Shown here: in pieces, positions 30,868 through 41,792 of the stretch
Layout: every line of letters begins with the position of its first letter
Numbering within the stretch: position 1 is the first letter of the stretch
From: a virus
IMG/VR virus record: IMGVR_UViG_3300032053_000049
Coordinates: 8,739 to 72,738 of that record
DNA length: 64,000 bases
Reading direction: 5' to 3' (one strand)
Position numbers and translations under genes: made by a program
Notes under the pieces: generated by a model
The model's input: the letters and a program-made list of their open reading frames with translations, nothing else
The model's database searches: none
Told to the model about the DNA's origin: nothing

Positions 30868-32016
30868 CTAAAAGTCCAATCGGATTTTGCATAAAATTTC
30901 GTTAGAAAATGTTTTAATAGCTGGCCGAGAAAGCTTGGCCACGGCAACCAGCTCATTATTATTGTTATATAAACCAACACTTGTTATATAAGTTCTTGGA
31001 TCAGAGACAAAATCTGACCAACGAATCGTTCCTCGTGAGTGAATATTATCTTCGGTTCCATCATACACATAAGTAGGATTGTTTGAATAATTGAAATCAC
31101 GATTTTTTACACGAACAAAATAATGTTGAGCTGGAACATATTCTGATTTACGAACTATTATTGCTGAATTAGCTTTTTGAAGACTCCAGAATAATACTTG
31201 AGGATTTACAGTAGTAGGAACTATTGTTGAATTAATTAACATTCCTTGTGTACTTCCAGCTGTATAATTTGCTGGTGCTCCTGCTCCAGTAATATTACTT
31301 AATCCAACTAATTGATTGATAATTTTAGCATTTAATATAACAACTCCATCATTCGGATATATCATTCCTATTCCTTGATATGCTGGAATAGATGTTGTTG
31401 AATCATAAATTGAACCTGTAATTAAATCATATACATTATATTTTTGAGTTAAAAATGGAGAATCGTCACGAAATGTAAATAAACCATTAGATCCACTAAG
31501 ACTAATCTGAAATACACCTTCATCAATTCTATCTTTCATTTTATATGATGAAAAATTAAGAACAAAAATATCATCTGGAATGTCAGGAGTACTTGTAGCA
31601 CTACCACTGATAAATGAAAATTGATCTTCTACATTAGATGAACCAAGAAGAAGATTTTTATACTGAGTATAAATTGTCTTAGTAGGAAATACTTTGATAC
31701 TTCCTGTATCCAAATCAAATGAGCCAGAACCTAAATTTCCATAAAAATTTCCATAAGTAATTGAAAAATATGAATCGTTAGAATTATGATATGTGGTATT
31801 TGGAAATACATCAACATAAAACATAGTTCTTCTTATATCATAAATTGAAGAACCGTAAGATGGTGAAGGAGTAGCAGCAGACTGAGTTAGATCAAAAAAT
31901 CCACTTTCAAGTAAACTAGCACTCCATACTGTTGTCGAATCAGGCCAAAAACCACTAGCAATCCGTGAAGTCCGCCCGGCAACGATGTCTGTCGAATCAA
32001 ATTTGTTGAAAATCAT
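30868..32016 (-). CDS. Baseplate/tail structural protein
   Basis: YFVRVKNRDFNYSNNPTY and YITSVGLYN..ELVAVAKLSRP...RLDF; C-terminus paralogous to 20974-23676. Confidence 0.7.
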   Translation of the reverse strand: MIFNKFDSTDIVAGRTSRIASGFWPDSTTVWSASLLESGFFDLTQSAATPSPSYGSSIYDIRRTMFYVDVFPNTTYHNSNDSYFSITYGNFYGNLGSGSFDLDTGSIKVFPTKTIYTQYKNLLLGSSNVEDQFSFISGSATSTPDIPDDIFVLNFSSYKMKDRIDEGVFQISLSGSNGLFTFRDDSPFLTQKYNVYDLITGSIYDSTTSIPAYQGIGMIYPNDGVVILNAKIINQLVGLSNITGAGAPANYTAGSTQGMLINSTIVPTTVNPQVLFWSLQKANSAIIVRKSEYVPAQHYFVRVKNRDFNYSNNPTYVYDGTEDNIHSRGTIRWSDFVSDPRTYITSVGLYNNNNELVAVAKLSRPAIKTFSNEILCKIRLDF

Positions 32017-32561
32017 AAATTTTGTATTTCCTTTATAAATATATCTATTGGAGTTATTGTATTATTCATTGTAGTTATTTTTGATACATTATTACACATA
32101 TCTACAAAATAAAATTGTTCAAAATCCTGTTTCATCCAATTTATATCTTTATGAACCCATTGAACATTCCCCTCAACATATCCAAGATTTGAATTAATCC
32201 GGTCAAGAGAAGCTGTAGAAAACTTAGTCATCTTACGTTTTTTTGGAAATGTTAAATCTAAACCACTATAAACACACTTTTTATTTTGTTCTATGAATAT
32301 CTTCCACAAATATTCCATTGTTAAATTAAATGGTATATTTCTTTTTTTAGCTCCTATTTTAGTTTGATTAAAATATGTCAAGGATATTTCTTCATATCCT
32401 TTCCAAAGTTTATTGTTTTTTCCAAGTGGTAAATTCCTACATTTTCCAGCGCAACTCCAACATACATCATTAGATTTTATAGCATGATACCATGCTGCAT
32501 AACACGAATATGGTAATAAAACATCACATTTTGGACATACTCTATTATATTTTTTAGTCAT
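32013..32561 (-). CDS. HNH endonuclease
   Basis: KCVYSG...SLDRINSNLGYVEGNVQWVHKDINWMK. Confidence 0.85.
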   Translation of the reverse strand: MTKKYNRVCPKCDVLLPYSCYAAWYHAIKSNDVCWSCAGKCRNLPLGKNNKLWKGYEEISLTYFNQTKIGAKKRNIPFNLTMEYLWKIFIEQNKKCVYSGLDLTFPKKRKMTKFSTASLDRINSNLGYVEGNVQWVHKDINWMKQDFEQFYFVDMCNNVSKITTMNNTITPIDIFIKEIQNL

Positions 32562-32568
32562 ATGTTAT

Positions 32569-33210
32569 TTACTGGGCTGTAGGGACCATTACACTAACTT
32601 CTATACTCAAACTCCCGCCGCTCTCATTACCAATGATTGTTAAAGTTGTGCTAGTAGTATTTCCAAGACTACTATTTGGAATAAACTTAAAAGATTGACC
32701 TACTACCACCTGAGCACTAGTAGTATTCACATCTCCAGCAAATGTAGGAATTGTACTAGAAATCGAATTAATTGAATTAGCCTGTTGAACAACCAATGCT
32801 CCTACGTTCTTATTTGACAAAATTGCTGTATATCCGAGAGAAAGATTATAGGCTGGGTTTGTAGAAGGAGATATAATAATGTCGCCTGTATAATCTCTTG
32901 GAACAGAAATCTTGTCTTGAGCAATGCTTATAACCGGAATTGATGTTACACCCTGATTTAAACTCACCAACTTATACTTCATAGTCTGTGTTTCGTCAGA
33001 AACCGGTTCAAAAATAGGAGTGTTTCTTATAGCAATATCATAAAAAGCACTACCATTTGGATGATTTGGTTGATAAAGTGTATAATCAATTTCATCATCG
33101 GATAGAGCAAAACTGGTTATGTTCAAATTCCCGTTTTGAGCTAAAAGTTCTCGACCCTTTTTTGTAAGGATCGCATCAACGGTTACGGTAGAACTGTCCA
33201 AATATGACAT
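32569..33210 (-). CDS. Baseplate/tail structural protein
   Basis: VDAILTKKGRELLA...FALSDDEIDY motif; located within the baseplate cluster. Confidence 0.65.
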   Translation of the reverse strand: MSYLDSSTVTVDAILTKKGRELLAQNGNLNITSFALSDDEIDYTLYQPNHPNGSAFYDIAIRNTPIFEPVSDETQTMKYKLVSLNQGVTSIPVISIAQDKISVPRDYTGDIIISPSTNPAYNLSLGYTAILSNKNVGALVVQQANSINSISSTIPTFAGDVNTTSAQVVVGQSFKFIPNSSLGNTTSTTLTIIGNESGGSLSIEVSVMVPTAQ

Positions 33211-33303
33211 ATATTATATTCCTATTCTTTTTAAAAGTTTATTCATACTTCTCTTCTATAAGTATTCCTATAAAGATGTTTTTTCTATCTTTTCCTTCTT
33301 ATA

Positions 33304-36300
33304 TTAAAATCTCCAATTAATAGGACCAGGTTTCCAACTGTCCGACGATGAAGTTATTGAATTTGATTTTTTAGATAAATCAGTCAATATTGGTTGAGTT
33401 GTTGATTTACTAAAAACTGCAGATTTCTTAGTAATATTAGAAAACATAGATACCGTTGATGATGGTTTGGTTTCTGATTCTCTATTGAGAGGATTTGAAA
33501 TCATTCCTTGAGGATTTGATGTAATAGATGTTCCGTCTGGAATAAGTGTACCAGCGGAAGACGGAGCATATTGAATAACATTACTAGCATTTACAACATT
33601 AATGTTACTGGTGTTACTGGATAATACAGGATATGTTCCGTCATCAATACCAAACTCATTGATGGTTGTATCAATTGTTTGTTGTCCTTTTATATAAATT
33701 ACGTTGGCAGTCAACGTGCTATATTTACCATATTTAGTTTTACTAAATTTTTCCATTTTATGAGTATAATGATTTTTAGGATAACCACTCACAATTTCAA
33801 AATAACGATTTGTTGGTCTAAGTGCTAATGTATAATTGCTTAAATCGGATGGAAAAAATGGTCCAGGAACTAAATAAACATTACTGACTGTTTGATCTGG
33901 AGTTCCAATAAATGTACTATCAGCATGTCTATAATTGCCAAACCAATAATCTAAAGACGGATCTGAATTACCATTAGCATCATTCGTTTTATAATACCAA
34001 TAAACTAAATCTCTCATCATTGCTTCTGATACCACAATGTATTTATAAAGATAAATTGAAGATGAATCATATAGATTTTCAGATGGATTTTCTGACCTTA
34101 TATATTCTCCGGTTTTAGCATAATAATGATACTTATCCCACGCTTTTAATATGTAAGAAAGTTTTTGATGAACTGGATTGGCCGTGAGATTTATTGAATC
34201 ATATATTGGTTTTTGACTAGATGTAATAATTAATCTTTCATCCATTCCAATATCATACGTTGTAGATCCTTTTATTCCAAAAATAGGTAAACTACCAGAA
34301 CTTTCCCACTGACGATCAAACATTTGAAAATTTGGATATTGACCAAACTGAATCTCATCTGTAAAATCTGTTATATATCCTCCAATTCCAACATCTATAT
34401 TACACGGCATAATTTTTAAAGGATTAGAGATGTATCCAAGATCTATTGTTTCAGAATATCCTATAAATCTAGAAGAAGTATCAAATTGTCCCCATAAAAC
34501 ACTCATCGAAAAATTATATAGATTATCTATTGTCGCTGGTGTTGTAAAATCAACTATACTGGATGATATTGGTTTATTTTGATACTTTGGACGCTCTAAT
34601 ATTGTAGGTTCAATCACTACTCCTGTAAATAAATTCGTTCTTGCTGGAACTACATTCTTAATTGCTTCAAAAATTGATTTATCAAAATAAAACTTATAAA
34701 TTGTTAACATTTCATTGAATAATGTCTTTTTATTTCCAAAAGAATTATATTCAACATTTTTATTTATTAAATCGGAATATCTACTCTTATAAATATTTCT
34801 TGGATCTCCTATTAATTCCATTATTCCTGATCTACCAATATATCTTAGGATGTCTTTATTTTTAGAATCTTGTGGATCAATAAAAAATCCAATTTGATTT
34901 GATTCTCCAGTAACAGTTACATGTTCATCAAACGTAGATTTATCATTAGAATCAAATCTGGCCTCTACCGAATAATCCATTTTACGAATTTTTCTATTTT
35001 TAAATTTATTAGGTCCAAATTTAGATCCGTCAATATCTTGTTGATATTCATATTCTCTGAAATGCCACGGATAAACAGATGAACTAATCCAAACACAATT
35101 ATAAGATGCAGACCAATTTGGATCAATTACTTCTGGAAAATTTAAAGCGACTATATCCGTAGATCCTGTAGGATAATATGTTTGCCATAACGTTGTAATT
35201 ATTTCTTGAGATGCTGAGTATGCTGTAGGTATTACCGAAGAACTAAGATAAGTGGAAGATCTATAATTAGGAATGTAGAAATAATCAGATTGATTGTCAA
35301 TCCACATTTCTGATGGACTTCCAGTATGCATACTTTGTGGATAATCCCAATTTAAACGAACCCAAAGGTTTCTAAAAGCGTTAGAACCACTAAATCCATA
35401 AGAATTTAAATCGTTTACATGTTCTTCAAAATCATTATCATCAAGAGAAATATCCCAAATATTTAATTTGTCAAGAGTTCCTACAAATGTTCCATCACTT
35501 AACCAAAATCTTCCATATTGAGAAAAAATTCTATTATCTTGAGCATAAAAATTTAAAGATGTAGACGAATAAAATATTTTCCTTCCATCTTCATTTCTTT
35601 GTATTGTTAAATCATAAAGACACGGAGTAGCATTAGAATCAACATTATATTCAAAATCTGGAGATACATCTTTCCTTCTAACCATTACACTAAAAATTTT
35701 ACCATTAAAGATTGGAAGGACATCACTTGTTAAAGTTGCTCCTGTAGACCCACTTCCCATTTGTAGTGCTATTTTACCAGTATACTGTCCAGGGGTTTTA
35801 TAAATATCGACATACCATGCTGATTCAGAACTTCCATATGGATATAAAGTAAATAACCTAATTCTTTGCCATTCTTCATAATTCTCTGGGTTTTCTACAG
35901 AAAACTTAAATTCTATTGTTTTTGCTGATTGAGGAAACGGACCTTCGATTCTATCATTAACTCCTGAAAACCTAAGCATATAAGTTTTTTCATCTAACTT
36001 ATAAGTTGGAGTAGAATCTTCGGATGAATCTATTCCACCATATTCTCTTATACTTATTAAAGACGAAGGAAGTCCATAACAAGACATTAAATATTTTACA
36101 CATTCTTCCGTTCCTTTTGTCTTATAAATTCCAGGTAAAGTAACAAGTATTCTATTCCAAATTATCTGTAATCTGTTCTGAGCTGATAGAACATTATAAG
36201 TTGGAGAATTTAAACTATTTAAATAAACATCGTCTACGTTAAGATTGTTAATAATATCATCAACATTCCAACCAAACGAATACAATAATTCTTTTAAAGT

Positions 36301-38217
36301 ATTTGTCGGTAAACTCGAACTTATTTGATTAAAAACATGTGTTTCAATCGGCAGGGCTGAAATATAAGTATAAATGTTATCAAAATGATGCCCCACCATT
36401 GATAAAAATGTAAGATAATCTCCGTTATCTTTTGAATTTTCAGTTAAATATTCAGGAGTATTATTAACTAAATTATCTCTATTATATTTATCGTATTTTG
36501 AAGCCGATATTGTATAATTTTCTACATAAAGTTCATTTTCAAATGAATCAGACGTTACATTATAAATAAAATTTTCGCCATCAAACAAATATGATTCATA
36601 ACCATCAAACGATGATATCAATTCATTTATTTGTTCTTGAACTTTTGTTTTTTCTGTTAAATAGAATGGATATATTACAGACAAAGAAAGACTATTATTG
36701 TATTTAGTATTGATTTCTGATAAAGAACTACTAAGAGTATAATAGGTTGCCATTTTTGTTTTAAAGATATTAATTCTAGTAGCAGCAGAAGAAAATACAA
36801 TAAAATTATTAAAATCCGAATAATCTGTATCTAATTTTTTTAATTCTTTATTTACATAAACATCATTATTTATATCATTTGATAATGTTAAATCATCTTC
36901 GGAGTATAATTTATTAACATTTTCTTTATTTATAAATTTAGTTGTGGTTCCGAAATTTGGAGGACCGATAATTAATGTCTTATATTTTACTGGATTTTGA
37001 AGAATAGCAGTAAACACATAAGGAGACATACCAAAGTTAGATATCCAACATTCATCTTTGATAATAAAATCAGGAGGTAATGCGTTTGCTAATTTTATTA
37101 CTAATGTTAATGGATCTCCAGAGGACTGTCTTTCATCAAGATAATTGTGATCTATAATAGAAAAATATAAATTTTCACCAAAATTTAATACGTTTTTAAA
37201 TGGTCCAAAATATTTCTTTTGGTGTTCATTTTGAATGGTATATATGAAATATTCATAAAAATATTGTACAAAAAAATCATAACAAAATACCTTAGCATCA
37301 TAATAATCTTGACCTTTTTGTTCTTTATATTGTGAAAATGCTTGATCAATACGAAGAATAGTAAATTCTTTAAATTTATTTTCAATATCATCAAAATCAG
37401 CAATAATATTATTACCTTGTAAAAGATAATTGTTAAAATAAGATTTAATTCCTTGAATTCTTTGTATTCTTGTCGGGTCTAATCCCAACGAAATTTGTTC
37501 TTCTGTTAAACTTGTATACCTAATATAATCTTCATATAAATTTTTCAAAAATCTTATGACAGATGCATCATCATTTAAAAAGAAAATATTTTTGAAAAAA
37601 TTGATACTCTCTTCGTATCTGTCATACATAAGAGTATAAATATTATCATATGGACAATTTTGAGTTACTGATAAAAGTACAGGAGAAATATCACTTATAG
37701 GAAATTTTTTGAAACAAAATGCTGTATAAGGTATATTATTTGTATTAATAGGCAATAACTTAATTTCTGTTCTTGATGGAGAAATGTCATTAATGACTAA
37801 CTTACTACTTGGATTTCCTGCCATTTCTCTTGTAAAAATATATGAAACTTTATATGATCCGTCGGTAATTCCCATTGTATCCAAATCATTTATTGGATCT
37901 ATAAGAATATTTTTACTTTTGTAAATTACAAATTGACTATTTAATTCGTTATAAGTGTATTCTATAGAATTATTTAAAGTATTGGTGTATGTTAAAGTAA
38001 CTTTATTGTAGTCCTTTTTTTGATCCGACACACTCCAACTAATAAAATTATCATTGGTATCATAAACTGATATTTCTGTTACATCTCTTTCAGAATAACC
38101 AAAAAATATATCTACACTTTGAGAAGATAAAAATAATGAAGTATCTTGTTCATTTAAAAATGATCCGGAATAAATACTACCTGTAAAATTTCCTAATATT
38201 GGATATGATAATGACAT
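33304..38217 (-). CDS. Large baseplate wedge-like protein
   Basis: 1637 aa; IWNRILVTLPGIYKTKGT...LMSCYG...IREYGG motif typical of baseplate wedge/tail-I domains. Confidence 0.7.
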   Translation of the reverse strand: MSLSYPILGNFTGSIYSGSFLNEQDTSLFLSSQSVDIFFGYSERDVTEISVYDTNDNFISWSVSDQKKDYNKVTLTYTNTLNNSIEYTYNELNSQFVIYKSKNILIDPINDLDTMGITDGSYKVSYIFTREMAGNPSSKLVINDISPSRTEIKLLPINTNNIPYTAFCFKKFPISDISPVLLSVTQNCPYDNIYTLMYDRYEESINFFKNIFFLNDDASVIRFLKNLYEDYIRYTSLTEEQISLGLDPTRIQRIQGIKSYFNNYLLQGNNIIADFDDIENKFKEFTILRIDQAFSQYKEQKGQDYYDAKVFCYDFFVQYFYEYFIYTIQNEHQKKYFGPFKNVLNFGENLYFSIIDHNYLDERQSSGDPLTLVIKLANALPPDFIIKDECWISNFGMSPYVFTAILQNPVKYKTLIIGPPNFGTTTKFINKENVNKLYSEDDLTLSNDINNDVYVNKELKKLDTDYSDFNNFIVFSSAATRINIFKTKMATYYTLSSSLSEINTKYNNSLSLSVIYPFYLTEKTKVQEQINELISSFDGYESYLFDGENFIYNVTSDSFENELYVENYTISASKYDKYNRDNLVNNTPEYLTENSKDNGDYLTFLSMVGHHFDNIYTYISALPIETHVFNQISSSLPTNTLKELLYSFGWNVDDIINNLNVDDVYLNSLNSPTYNVLSAQNRLQIIWNRILVTLPGIYKTKGTEECVKYLMSCYGLPSSLISIREYGGIDSSEDSTPTYKLDEKTYMLRFSGVNDRIEGPFPQSAKTIEFKFSVENPENYEEWQRIRLFTLYPYGSSESAWYVDIYKTPGQYTGKIALQMGSGSTGATLTSDVLPIFNGKIFSVMVRRKDVSPDFEYNVDSNATPCLYDLTIQRNEDGRKIFYSSTSLNFYAQDNRIFSQYGRFWLSDGTFVGTLDKLNIWDISLDDNDFEEHVNDLNSYGFSGSNAFRNLWVRLNWDYPQSMHTGSPSEMWIDNQSDYFYIPNYRSSTYLSSSVIPTAYSASQEIITTLWQTYYPTGSTDIVALNFPEVIDPNWSASYNCVWISSSVYPWHFREYEYQQDIDGSKFGPNKFKNRKIRKMDYSVEARFDSNDKSTFDEHVTVTGESNQIGFFIDPQDSKNKDILRYIGRSGIMELIGDPRNIYKSRYSDLINKNVEYNSFGNKKTLFNEMLTIYKFYFDKSIFEAIKNVVPARTNLFTGVVIEPTILERPKYQNKPISSSIVDFTTPATIDNLYNFSMSVLWGQFDTSSRFIGYSETIDLGYISNPLKIMPCNIDVGIGGYITDFTDEIQFGQYPNFQMFDRQWESSGSLPIFGIKGSTTYDIGMDERLIITSSQKPIYDSINLTANPVHQKLSYILKAWDKYHYYAKTGEYIRSENPSENLYDSSSIYLYKYIVVSEAMMRDLVYWYYKTNDANGNSDPSLDYWFGNYRHADSTFIGTPDQTVSNVYLVPGPFFPSDLSNYTLALRPTNRYFEIVSGYPKNHYTHKMEKFSKTKYGKYSTLTANVIYIKGQQTIDTTINEFGIDDGTYPVLSSNTSNINVVNASNVIQYAPSSAGTLIPDGTSITSNPQGMISNPLNRESETKPSSTVSMFSNITKKSAVFSKSTTQPILTDLSKKSNSITSSSDSWKPGPINWRF

Positions 38218-38220
38218 AAA

Positions 38221-38694
38221 TTATGGTGCATTATCTTGTTCTTCAACAGATAAAGGTAAATATGGAAATTCCGATTGAAAATTTGCGGAAGAAAATCCCT
38301 GACCAAGTTGAATTCTCAACGGTATAATAATATCTCTTACAGACTGAATACTTGCTGCTGAATTATTTTGTTCATTTTCTAAAATTAAAGTATCTAATCT
38401 GTTTTGTAATTCTTGATTTTTAATAGTTACAGAATTTAATTGATCTATTATTTCAATTGATGTCGAAGCGGTGACATTAGTTTTAACAGGTTGAGCAAAT
38501 TCTGTAAAGGTAATATCATAAAAAGATAAAATTTTATCATTATTATAATTGATATTAGACAGAGGAATTGATAAATAACTTTGCTGAAATATAGAAGAAG
38601 ATGGATTTAAAATAACATTACCAACATCATCAAATCGATAATTATATGTTCCATATTTCTCAAAATTTGTTATTTGAAGTGCAAAATCAATCAT
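38221..38694 (-). CDS. Hypothetical structural protein
   Basis: 157 aa with coiled coil, within baseplate operon. Confidence 0.6.
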   Translation of the reverse strand: MIDFALQITNFEKYGTYNYRFDDVGNVILNPSSSIFQQSYLSIPLSNINYNNDKILSFYDITFTEFAQPVKTNVTASTSIEIIDQLNSVTIKNQELQNRLDTLILENEQNNSAASIQSVRDIIIPLRIQLGQGFSSANFQSEFPYLPLSVEEQDNAP

Positions 38695-38726
38695 TGTATG
38701 TATTTTCTATTATTTGTGAAGTGTTT

Positions 38727-40817
38727 TCATCTTATCACTTTAAATATACTACCATCGTCGATAATATATACACTTGAACTTTGTTCAATTTTTATTAAAA
38801 CTTTAAAATATCTTTCTTGTGGTAATCCAGAAGTATCTAACATAAAATAACTACCGTTAAGATCACAAGATATTCTTGTATTATCATCAAAATCGAGAAT
38901 AATTTCTTCGGTTTGATTGTCTTTTATTGCGTAATAAGATCCTGAGGGTAAATATTGAGGAGTAAGAAATTGAGAAAATTGTGGCAATCTCTGAAAATTT
39001 TTCAATGGATATTGTTCTCTTCCAAATATTTTTACTTTTATAATTTGATTATTTTTTACCTTTTCTGGTATTTTCACAACTGTTATAAATGGATTAGAAA
39101 CTTGCATTGGTTGTAAACTACTTGAAGCCATTATTACACTACCAGTATATGAATAAGAAGAAGTATAAACGCTTCCTGTTAATTGAAGTGCCAACGTTCC
39201 ACCTATATAAATTCCATCAACGAATTGTCCATTAAAACTAGAACTTGTAGATGATGATACAGTATAAGTTCCTAGTGCTTTACCATTAAATATACTTCCG
39301 CTAACATAAGCATAAGCAAAAGGATATATTCCGGACGGAAGTGGTATTGTTACTGTGTGACTGTAGATATTAGAAATAGGCCAAGAACCTGATAAAGAAG
39401 CACTAATAATTTGATAGTTTGTATACCAACCATTAAATGTACTTCCACTAAATGTACCATTGGAAAATGATCCAGTAATAATATAAGCATCAAATGTCTT
39501 ACCACAAGGACCGGTTTGCCAAGACGAACTTAAAGTACTACTTCCCGTCATAGTTCCTACTATCTTTAATCCTTTAATTAATCCCAATGTTCCATATCCA
39601 ACTACTGGTCCACCAATTGATTGAATAGTTCTTGTAAGATAAGCATCTCCATTAAACATTCCAGATATTCCACCAAAAGGCATAGAAAATGTTGATCCAG
39701 TGGTTATTGATCCAGAAATACCTTCATTTATTTGTGCTATTGATATACTTGATGTTGTTAAACTGCCTGTTACAATAGTAGTATCATTCCATCCTACATC
39801 TAAATATGGTGAATAAATTGTATTAGAATCTTGACTGAAGAAATATAAAGACATTCCACTACTTGTGGGATTGGTTTCTTCACTAGTCATAACAACTAGT
39901 CCACAATTAGATATAGTATTATTAATCCAAGCATTAGCTATATTTGTAACATCCATTGAAACATCTCCCGCTTGATAATTAAATGCTTGAGATGCTGATG
40001 GAGTTATTAAATAGGAAGAACCTGTCATTGCCCAAAGACTTCCATTATAACGATCACGAAATGACCAACTAGCTCCCTTTGAAGATCCTCCGTCGAAATA
40101 ATATCCGTCGCCCATATCCCATCCTTCATAAAGAGGATAAGCAATAAGAGAATATCGAATAGGTAAATTCTCTTCACGGGCACATTTCATTATCAATTTA
40201 TAAGTTGGATTAACAATACCTCCTGATGAAATAGATTGTGATATAGTAGTTAAATCAAATTGAAGAAGAGCTCTATTTGCAAAAGTTTTTGTAATTACAA
40301 CGACATTTTGTTGATTTAATACTTGATATCCATCTAAATTTCCACTATAAATTTTTCCGGTAAAATTTAAAACTTTACCATTAATATACGAAAGATAATC
40401 AGACCATATAGAACCAGATACAGAACCACTAAAAATTCCACTAAAACTTCCACTAAATGAAGCGGATAACGATCCAGTAAAATTAGAAGAGCTATAAGAA
40501 GAAGATAGATAACTTCCCGTTAATGTTCCATTGAAGAAAGATGTGGTAACATTTGATACTGTACTACTTGAAATAGATACAATAGCATTAGATGCAGTTC
40601 CATAAACCGTAGCATTATAAATTGATCCGGAAAAATTTGTAATACATAAATTTGAAATTGATCCTGTGACTGGGTATGATTTAGTAGTCAATGTTTGTTT
40701 TGAAGTTATGCTCGGAACTCCTACTCGTAAAACTTCATTTAAACCAAAATTTGAGGTTTCATAACCACTAATATTGGTTATGAATGTATCTTTTTCGGGA
40801 TATAGAAAAATATGCAT
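38727..40817 (-). CDS. Virion structural protein (DNRLRE-like N/C domain with S/T/G-rich inserts)
   Basis: YPEKDTFI...NFGLNEVL, RALLQFD, WDMGDG, FFSQDSNTIYSPYL. Confidence 0.6.
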   Translation of the reverse strand: MHIFLYPEKDTFITNISGYETSNFGLNEVLRVGVPSITSKQTLTTKSYPVTGSISNLCITNFSGSIYNATVYGTASNAIVSISSSTVSNVTTSFFNGTLTGSYLSSSYSSSNFTGSLSASFSGSFSGIFSGSVSGSIWSDYLSYINGKVLNFTGKIYSGNLDGYQVLNQQNVVVITKTFANRALLQFDLTTISQSISSGGIVNPTYKLIMKCAREENLPIRYSLIAYPLYEGWDMGDGYYFDGGSSKGASWSFRDRYNGSLWAMTGSSYLITPSASQAFNYQAGDVSMDVTNIANAWINNTISNCGLVVMTSEETNPTSSGMSLYFFSQDSNTIYSPYLDVGWNDTTIVTGSLTTSSISIAQINEGISGSITTGSTFSMPFGGISGMFNGDAYLTRTIQSIGGPVVGYGTLGLIKGLKIVGTMTGSSTLSSSWQTGPCGKTFDAYIITGSFSNGTFSGSTFNGWYTNYQIISASLSGSWPISNIYSHTVTIPLPSGIYPFAYAYVSGSIFNGKALGTYTVSSSTSSSFNGQFVDGIYIGGTLALQLTGSVYTSSYSYTGSVIMASSSLQPMQVSNPFITVVKIPEKVKNNQIIKVKIFGREQYPLKNFQRLPQFSQFLTPQYLPSGSYYAIKDNQTEEIILDFDDNTRISCDLNGSYFMLDTSGLPQERYFKVLIKIEQSSSVYIIDDGSIFKVIR

Positions 40818-40822
40818 AATAT

Positions 40823-41779
40823 TTAATGAATTAGAGGTAATCTTATAAATTTACACTTTAGATGTTTTTCTATTTCTTTTTGCCTTCTAATATCTTTTTC
40901 TTTAAGATTACCGTTAAAATTAAAATGCTGTTTTTCATCTACTTCTAATACCACATTTTTTTCTTTGTCATATCCATCAACCCAATATCCCAATTCTTTA
41001 ATATAATATTCTCCACCATTTATAGCGTGCTGAAAATTATATCCATTATTTTTCCCATATTCATCTATTATTTTACAAGCATTTGCATTAAAAGCCGGTA
41101 TTAATTGTTGACCATTATTTTTAATATTTTCTATTCTTTTTATATGAGCCAATCTTAAATTTTTACAATGTTCAACTGAACGTATTCGTGCTTTCATTGC
41201 TTTTGATTTATTTTTCTTATAGTCTTCAGAAGAAAAAGTTTTTTTCATTTTTTCTTTAACTTCTGGTCTTGACATTGCTTTTTTAATAATATCAGATAAT
41301 TTTTTTCTTGTTTCTAAACTATGATGTTTACCATACATACCATTATTTTTACCACTTCGAAGAAAAGACAGTTTTCTTCTATATTCTGGATTATCTAATA
41401 GCTTTTTTCTAGTCAATACTCCTTTTTCTATAACATCTTTAGGTATAATTTTTCCTGTTAAAGATTTAGATATTTTCTTTATTGTTTCTTCACTTTTTGG
41501 TGGTCTTTTTAATGCAGAGCATTTTTTGCAATCAAAAAATCGTTTATAAGCATATTTAACATAATCTTTTCCAGCTTTTCCACTATAACTTATAATTCTA
41601 TTACAACTTGGACAATTTCTATACCAATTTTCATTTTCTTTCCATAAACCATCAGGAATACATTTTGATGCTGCACATTTCCTACAATTTCCATTGCGTT
41701 CAATTGCTACACGAAGAAGATTTTCATTTTTATGAACAATATTCTCATTACAAGTTTTACATTTTCTTATATATTCCAT
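40823..41779 (-). CDS. Free-standing homing-type endonuclease (NUMOD3-like)
   Basis: CxxC pairs, MYGKHHSLETRKKLS, C-terminal domain nearly identical to that of 15708-16676. Confidence 0.8.
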   Translation of the reverse strand: MEYIRKCKTCNENIVHKNENLLRVAIERNGNCRKCAASKCIPDGLWKENENWYRNCPSCNRIISYSGKAGKDYVKYAYKRFFDCKKCSALKRPPKSEETIKKISKSLTGKIIPKDVIEKGVLTRKKLLDNPEYRRKLSFLRSGKNNGMYGKHHSLETRKKLSDIIKKAMSRPEVKEKMKKTFSSEDYKKNKSKAMKARIRSVEHCKNLRLAHIKRIENIKNNGQQLIPAFNANACKIIDEYGKNNGYNFQHAINGGEYYIKELGYWVDGYDKEKNVVLEVDEKQHFNFNGNLKEKDIRRQKEIEKHLKCKFIRLPLIH

Positions 41780-41792
41780 ATCTTTAAAAATT